Source: a virus
Strand: one strand, 5' to 3'
Length of the DNA stretch: 28,975 nt
Virus record (IMG/VR): IMGVR_UViG_3300021255_004131
Location: 1 to 28,975 of that record
The first letter of the stretch is position 1. Each line of letters opens with the position of its first letter. Made by a program: the position numbers and the translations under genes. The notes under the pieces were generated by a model, which did no database searches, was not told the DNA's origin, and worked only from the letters and a program-made list of their open reading frames with translations. Positions 25,821 through 28,975 of the stretch are shown one piece after another.

Positions 25821-25832
25821 GTGATACGGAAT
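25821..25832 (-). repeat. Crossover site R6, variant core (GTGATACGGAAT)
   Basis: Read directly. It has one mismatch to the other six cores and lies 3 nt from the recombinase stop codon (TAG, 25836-25838). Confidence 0.85.
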
Positions 25833-25835
25833 ACC

Positions 25836-26801
25836 CTACATCTCCATAGCCGCTGTATACGAATCGCTCGCCCTCGCCACGACCGTGCGGAATGATTGCA
25901 GGTAGTGCGACATAGCTGTATTGACGGTCGAGTGCCCCAGCGCCACGGCTATGTCCTCGATGGCCGAACCGTGCTCCAGCGAGATGGTCGCCCATGAGTG
26001 TCGCAGGCATGTCATCGGCACATGCGGCAGGCTGAATCGCTTACAGAACGCGCGGAACCGTCTAGCCACGGCGTTTGGGTCAAGCAGGCATAGGCGACCA
26101 GACCTGCGCGTCCCGCGTATCGCACGCAGGCGCTCAAGGGCGAATCGAGGGAGTTTCAGCTTGCGGTCCGACAGCTTTGTCTTGCATCCCGTCTCGATGA
26201 CCTCGCCGCCCACCACGTGCAGGCCGCGATGAACGTGCACCCATCCGCTACGCCAATCGATGTCCTCGATTCTCACTGCGCACGCTTCGCATCGGCGCAG
26301 GCCGAGCGCGGCACCAAGCAGGACTGCGGCCTCGAAGGGTTGTCCCACGATGCCCCGCAGCGTCTCGCGCTCCTGCTCGGCCGTGAGCGTCGGTCGGCGC
26401 ACGGCGGGCTTTTTCGGCAGCTCCACGCCTTGCGTCACGTCCCAGATACGCAGCTGGTGGCGGCGAATAACCCATCGGTAAATCTGCCTAAAGGTCTTGT
26501 ATGCCTTCTCGGCGGCACCGGGTAGTGCGAATCCGTCCACCCAATCCTGCACCTCCTCAAAACTGATGCTCTCTATCTCGCGCTTGCCCCACATCGGCAT
26601 CAGATGGCAGCGGATTGCACTCGCGTAACCCTCAATCGTGGTGGCGCGCAGGCGCTTCTTTTTGTCGTCCATGTACTCGGCGGCTGCATCGGAAAACAGC
26701 ATTTTGGCATTCCAATCTCTCGAAAATCCCAGACGTTTCGCATGGTAGCCAGTCGCGTTACTCCTGGGATTTATTACGCATGGGGCGACCGTAATCGACA
26801 T
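25836..26801 (-). CDS. Tyrosine site-specific recombinase (phage integrase family), proposed shufflon invertase
   Basis: The N-terminal SAM-like part is TIEGYASAIRCHLMPMWGKREIESISFEEVQDWV. The catalytic part carries LGLRRCEACA (Arg), a KTKLSDR Lys region, CLRHSWAT (H-x-x-R), ALGHSTVNTAMSHYLQ (His and the Tyr nucleophile). Start is ATG 26801, or the internal ATG 26702. Confidence 0.88.
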   Translation of the reverse strand: MSITVAPCVINPRSNATGYHAKRLGFSRDWNAKMLFSDAAAEYMDDKKKRLRATTIEGYASAIRCHLMPMWGKREIESISFEEVQDWVDGFALPGAAEKAYKTFRQIYRWVIRRHQLRIWDVTQGVELPKKPAVRRPTLTAEQERETLRGIVGQPFEAAVLLGAALGLRRCEACAVRIEDIDWRSGWVHVHRGLHVVGGEVIETGCKTKLSDRKLKLPRFALERLRAIRGTRRSGRLCLLDPNAVARRFRAFCKRFSLPHVPMTCLRHSWATISLEHGSAIEDIAVALGHSTVNTAMSHYLQSFRTVVARASDSYTAAMEM

Positions 26802-26815
26802 GGGAAGGAGGCAGG

Positions 26816-27229
26816 ATGGAAGTGCTCAAGCTCTTTGCGCCTTATGGTCCAGGGTGGCTCGGCGGAGTGCTGCTGGCGCTGATCGCATTCTACTTTGGTA
26901 GGCAATTCCTCGAGGAGTACAAGCGGCAGAACGAGCGCAAGGCCGGAATCGACATGAAGCGCGAGGAGCGAAAGCAGGCCGAGGTGGACGAGCGCGCGCA
27001 GCGGGACCGCGAACGGTCCCAAATGGAGGGCCGCATCGCCGCGCAGATGGAGCGAAGCAACAGCCTCATGGAGGCCATGAAAACCCTCATGGAGTCGGTC
27101 GTGGCATCCAACGAGGTCCTGCACAACGACTTGGCCCACAGCCAAGCGCGCAGCCAGGGCATGGCCGCCAAGGTGGACCACATCTGCGACCGCGTTGATT
27201 TGCTCTACGACAAAGAGGCTGGGAGATAG
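26816..27229 (+). CDS. Membrane-anchored coiled-coil protein of the lysis cassette (function unknown)
   Basis: ATG follows GGAAGGAGG. The N-terminal TM is GWLGGVLLALIAFYFG, followed by a charged coiled coil. Confidence 0.55.
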   Translation: MEVLKLFAPYGPGWLGGVLLALIAFYFGRQFLEEYKRQNERKAGIDMKREERKQAEVDERAQRDRERSQMEGRIAAQMERSNSLMEAMKTLMESVVASNEVLHNDLAHSQARSQGMAAKVDHICDRVDLLYDKEAGR

Positions 27230-27237
27230 GAGAAACA

Positions 27238-27543
27238 ATGACGAACATTCAAGCTGGTCTGACGGTGTGCACGGTGCTTGTCGTGCCGTATATCGTGCAG
27301 GCCATCAAGACGAAGGCCATGACTGGCAACGTGGCGCGCTGGATTGCCATTTCGGTGTCTGCGCTGTGCGGCGTATTGACGGCTATGGCTGGCGGTATGC
27401 CGACCGATGCATCGGCATGGGTAACGTCCATTTTTGCAGCCGTTGGCGGCGTTCAGGTTGCATATGCGGCCTTCAGGAGCGTCGGCGTGACCGACAAGTG
27501 GCTTGACGCTCTTCTGGCGCTCGGCGACATCAAGGAGGACTAA
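27238..27543 (+). CDS. Holin (putative, about 3 TM segments)
   Basis: 101 aa with three hydrophobic stretches and a charged C-terminus (DIKED). It lies directly upstream of the endolysin with a TAATG overlap. Confidence 0.65.
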   Translation: MTNIQAGLTVCTVLVVPYIVQAIKTKAMTGNVARWIAISVSALCGVLTAMAGGMPTDASAWVTSIFAAVGGVQVAYAAFRSVGVTDKWLDALLALGDIKED

Positions 27544-28604
27544 TGGCAGACTTCGCGAACGTCCAACCGGACGAGTACAAGCTTCTGGGTCGCAACTTCT
27601 CCTCAGGCCGCCCGTTCGGCATCAAGGGCGTGACCATCCACCACATGGCCGGCGACCTCAACGCCGGCCAGTGCAACGGCATCTGGGGCGCCAACGGCTG
27701 CTCGGCGCACTACTCGGTAGACCGCAACGGCTACATCGTGCAGCACGTCAACGATCTCGACCGCGCCTACGCCTGCGGCGACGGAATCGGCACCGGACGC
27801 GGTAACGACACGACCATCTCCATCGAGCACGCCAACAGCGGCAGCAACCCGTGGACGGTCCACGAGAAGGCAATCGAGAGCGGCGCACACCTTGTCGCGG
27901 CCCTGTGCCTGTACTACGGCCTCGGCCGCCCCGAGTGGTGCAAGAACGTGTTCCCGCACAGCTACTGGAGCGCCACGGCTTGCCCCGGCGAGCTGGCCGG
28001 CTCCCAGCGCGACCATTACATGCAGCGCGCCAAGGCGTGGTATGACGCGATGAAGGGCGGCAAGGCACCCGCACCATCCACCGCCAAGCCAGCTGCCGCC
28101 AAGCCCGCTCAGGCGGCATCTGGCGGCTTCTCAAAGGCATCTGGCAAGCGCGTACCAGTCCACTACTCCTTGCATCTCAAGGGCGGCGGCTGGCTGGACG
28201 AGGTGACGGACTTCGGCGCCGGTGACAACGGCTTCGCGGGCTACCCGTGCCGCCAGCACGACCTCCTTTGCGCCCGAGTCGATCGCGGCACGCTCAAGTA
28301 TCAGGTGCATACCATCGAGGACGGATGGTTGCCCTACGTGACCAAGGGCAATCGTGCCGACACCGTGAACGGCTGCGCAGGCATCGTTGGCCATACCATC
28401 GACGGCGTGCGCATGTACTACGTGACCCCCGGCGGCGAGGAGTACAAGCAGGCGTGGTACCGCTCGCAGACCACCGCGCGCTCCGGGTGGCTCGGAACCG
28501 TCTGCGATGATGGCTCCACCTACGGCGGCGATGACTTCGCGGGCATGTACGGTGAGCCGCTCGACCGGCTCCAGGTCTGCATCACCGACGGTAACCCGTA
28601 CTAG
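27543..28604 (+). CDS. Endolysin: N-acetylmuramoyl-L-alanine amidase (Amidase_2/PGRP) with three ChW-like wall-binding repeats
   Basis: The catalytic part carries [11 protein letters not shown]...[15 protein letters not shown]...YACGDG...ISIEHAN...[13 protein letters not shown]. An Ala/Pro/Lys linker follows. Three repeats then show the pattern Y..H....GW....(14-20)..G..G...D ([37 protein letters not shown]). Confidence 0.85.
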   Translation: MADFANVQPDEYKLLGRNFSSGRPFGIKGVTIHHMAGDLNAGQCNGIWGANGCSAHYSVDRNGYIVQHVNDLDRAYACGDGIGTGRGNDTTISIEHANSGSNPWTVHEKAIESGAHLVAALCLYYGLGRPEWCKNVFPHSYWSATACPGELAGSQRDHYMQRAKAWYDAMKGGKAPAPSTAKPAAAKPAQAASGGFSKASGKRVPVHYSLHLKGGGWLDEVTDFGAGDNGFAGYPCRQHDLLCARVDRGTLKYQVHTIEDGWLPYVTKGNRADTVNGCAGIVGHTIDGVRMYYVTPGGEEYKQAWYRSQTTARSGWLGTVCDDGSTYGGDDFAGMYGEPLDRLQVCITDGNPY

Positions 28605-28605
28605 C

Positions 28606-28695
28606 ATGATCGGGTTGGCATTCGTGCTCGGCTCGCTCTTCGGCGGCACCGTGGCGACAATCGGGCTCTGCATCGTGAGCATCAACCGGCATTAG
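28606..28695 (+). CDS. Possible 29-aa membrane peptide after the endolysin
   Basis: ATG lies 1 nt after the endolysin stop. [29 protein letters not shown] is one TM segment and is followed by a terminator. Confidence 0.35.
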   Translation: MIGLAFVLGSLFGGTVATIGLCIVSINRH

Positions 28696-28700
28696 CAGCA

Positions 28701-28735
28701 GCCCGCTCGGGTCATCCCGGGCGGGCATTTTATTT
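28701..28735 (+). terminator. Rho-independent terminator ending the + strand gene array
   Basis: Stem GCCCGCTCGGG / CCCGGGCGGGC (one mismatch) with loop TCAT, followed by ATTTTATTT. Confidence 0.7.
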
Positions 28736-28826
28736 GATGGCATGGGGCTCGCCCGCGCCGCCCTGCATCCCACAAGGGACGAAACCGCGCAGGTCGGCTG
28801 GGAGTGGCTTTTCGGGACCGAAAATG

Positions 28827-28832
28827 TATAAT
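28827..28832 (+). promoter_or_regulatory. Candidate -10 box (TATAAT) of an early promoter
   Basis: A perfect TATAAT in a locally AT-rich patch (CGAAAATGTATAATGCC) of the non-coding junction region, pointing toward the early genes. No convincing -35 element. Confidence 0.3.
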
Positions 28833-28868
28833 GCCAGCTAGCGGTTCCATGGCAAGGTATTAGAAGAA

Positions 28869-28975
28869 ACTTCGAGGACCTGGTCCGCGACCCGGTTCTC
28901 GACGAGCGCTATGGAGGGAGCGCCCGTGCATAACGCGGACGCGCGGGTATTGCCGCCCAGGCAGCCCGCGGGCCC
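28869..28975. repeat. Terminal direct repeat, copy 2 (identical to 1-107)
   Basis: Read directly. Confidence 0.95.

Larger units (their letters stand above)
23598..25832. other. Shufflon-like multi-inversion cluster (7 crossover sites, 1 expressed and 6 silent C-terminal cassettes)
   Basis: One site lies in + orientation inside the expressed gene. Six inverted copies each head an in-phase, stop-terminated - strand segment. A tyrosine recombinase gene abuts the cluster. Confidence 0.85.

Noticed and set aside
24317-25832. Regularly spaced short repeats that could be mistaken for a CRISPR array
   Set aside because: The conserved unit is only 12-17 nt. The spacing is 243-345 nt and the intervals are coding. 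No cas genes are present. One copy sits inverted inside a structural gene, which fits recombination sites.
25839-26010. Upstream extension of the cassette F reading frame (ORF 25489..26010) into the recombinase gene
   Set aside because: The extension overlaps the 3' end of the recombinase CDS in another frame and has Arg/Gly/His-rich shadow composition. The biologically meaningful segment starts at site R6.
1-28975. tRNA, rRNA or other structured RNA genes
   Set aside because: I found no cloverleaf-like region or conserved RNA motif by eye. The few non-coding stretches are short. A tRNAscan or Infernal run would be needed to exclude them formally.

Overview
High-GC window (roughly two-thirds G+C by eye, not computed) that reads as a complete, circularly closed siphovirus-type dsDNA phage genome. 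The first 107 nt recur exactly as the last 107 nt, so the unique length is 28,868 bp. Almost every gene is on the + strand, in four blocks. (i) Early, recombination and replication genes (about 0.3-5.1 kb): an Xis-like HTH protein, RusA, RecT, a DUF1351-like protein, an actinobacterial-type IHF, SSB, and a replisome-organizer gene with internal AT-rich iterons. (ii) Small, often Cys-rich ORFs (5.1-7.2 kb). (iii) Packaging, head and tail genes (7.4-23.9 kb): an HTH/zinc-ribbon protein, a PBSX-type TerL with an N-terminal extension, portal, a MuF-like protein with an extra C-terminal domain, scaffold, major capsid, connectors, major tail, two chaperone-like ORFs, tape measure, Dit, a Tal-like fibre, and the receptor-binding fibre. 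(iv) A lysis cassette (26.8-28.7 kb). The outstanding feature lies at 23.6-26.8 kb and looks like a phage-encoded, tyrosine-recombinase-driven shufflon acting on the last tail-fibre gene. A 12-nt site, ATTCCGTATCCC, sits inside the expressed gene. Six inverted copies of it lie downstream, each heading a start-less, in-phase, stop-terminated alternative C-terminal cassette on the - strand. The only - strand gene, a tyrosine recombinase, ends 3 nt from the outermost site. This predicts seven alternative receptor-binding C-termini. All functional calls come from reading the translations and from remembered family signatures; no database search was possible.
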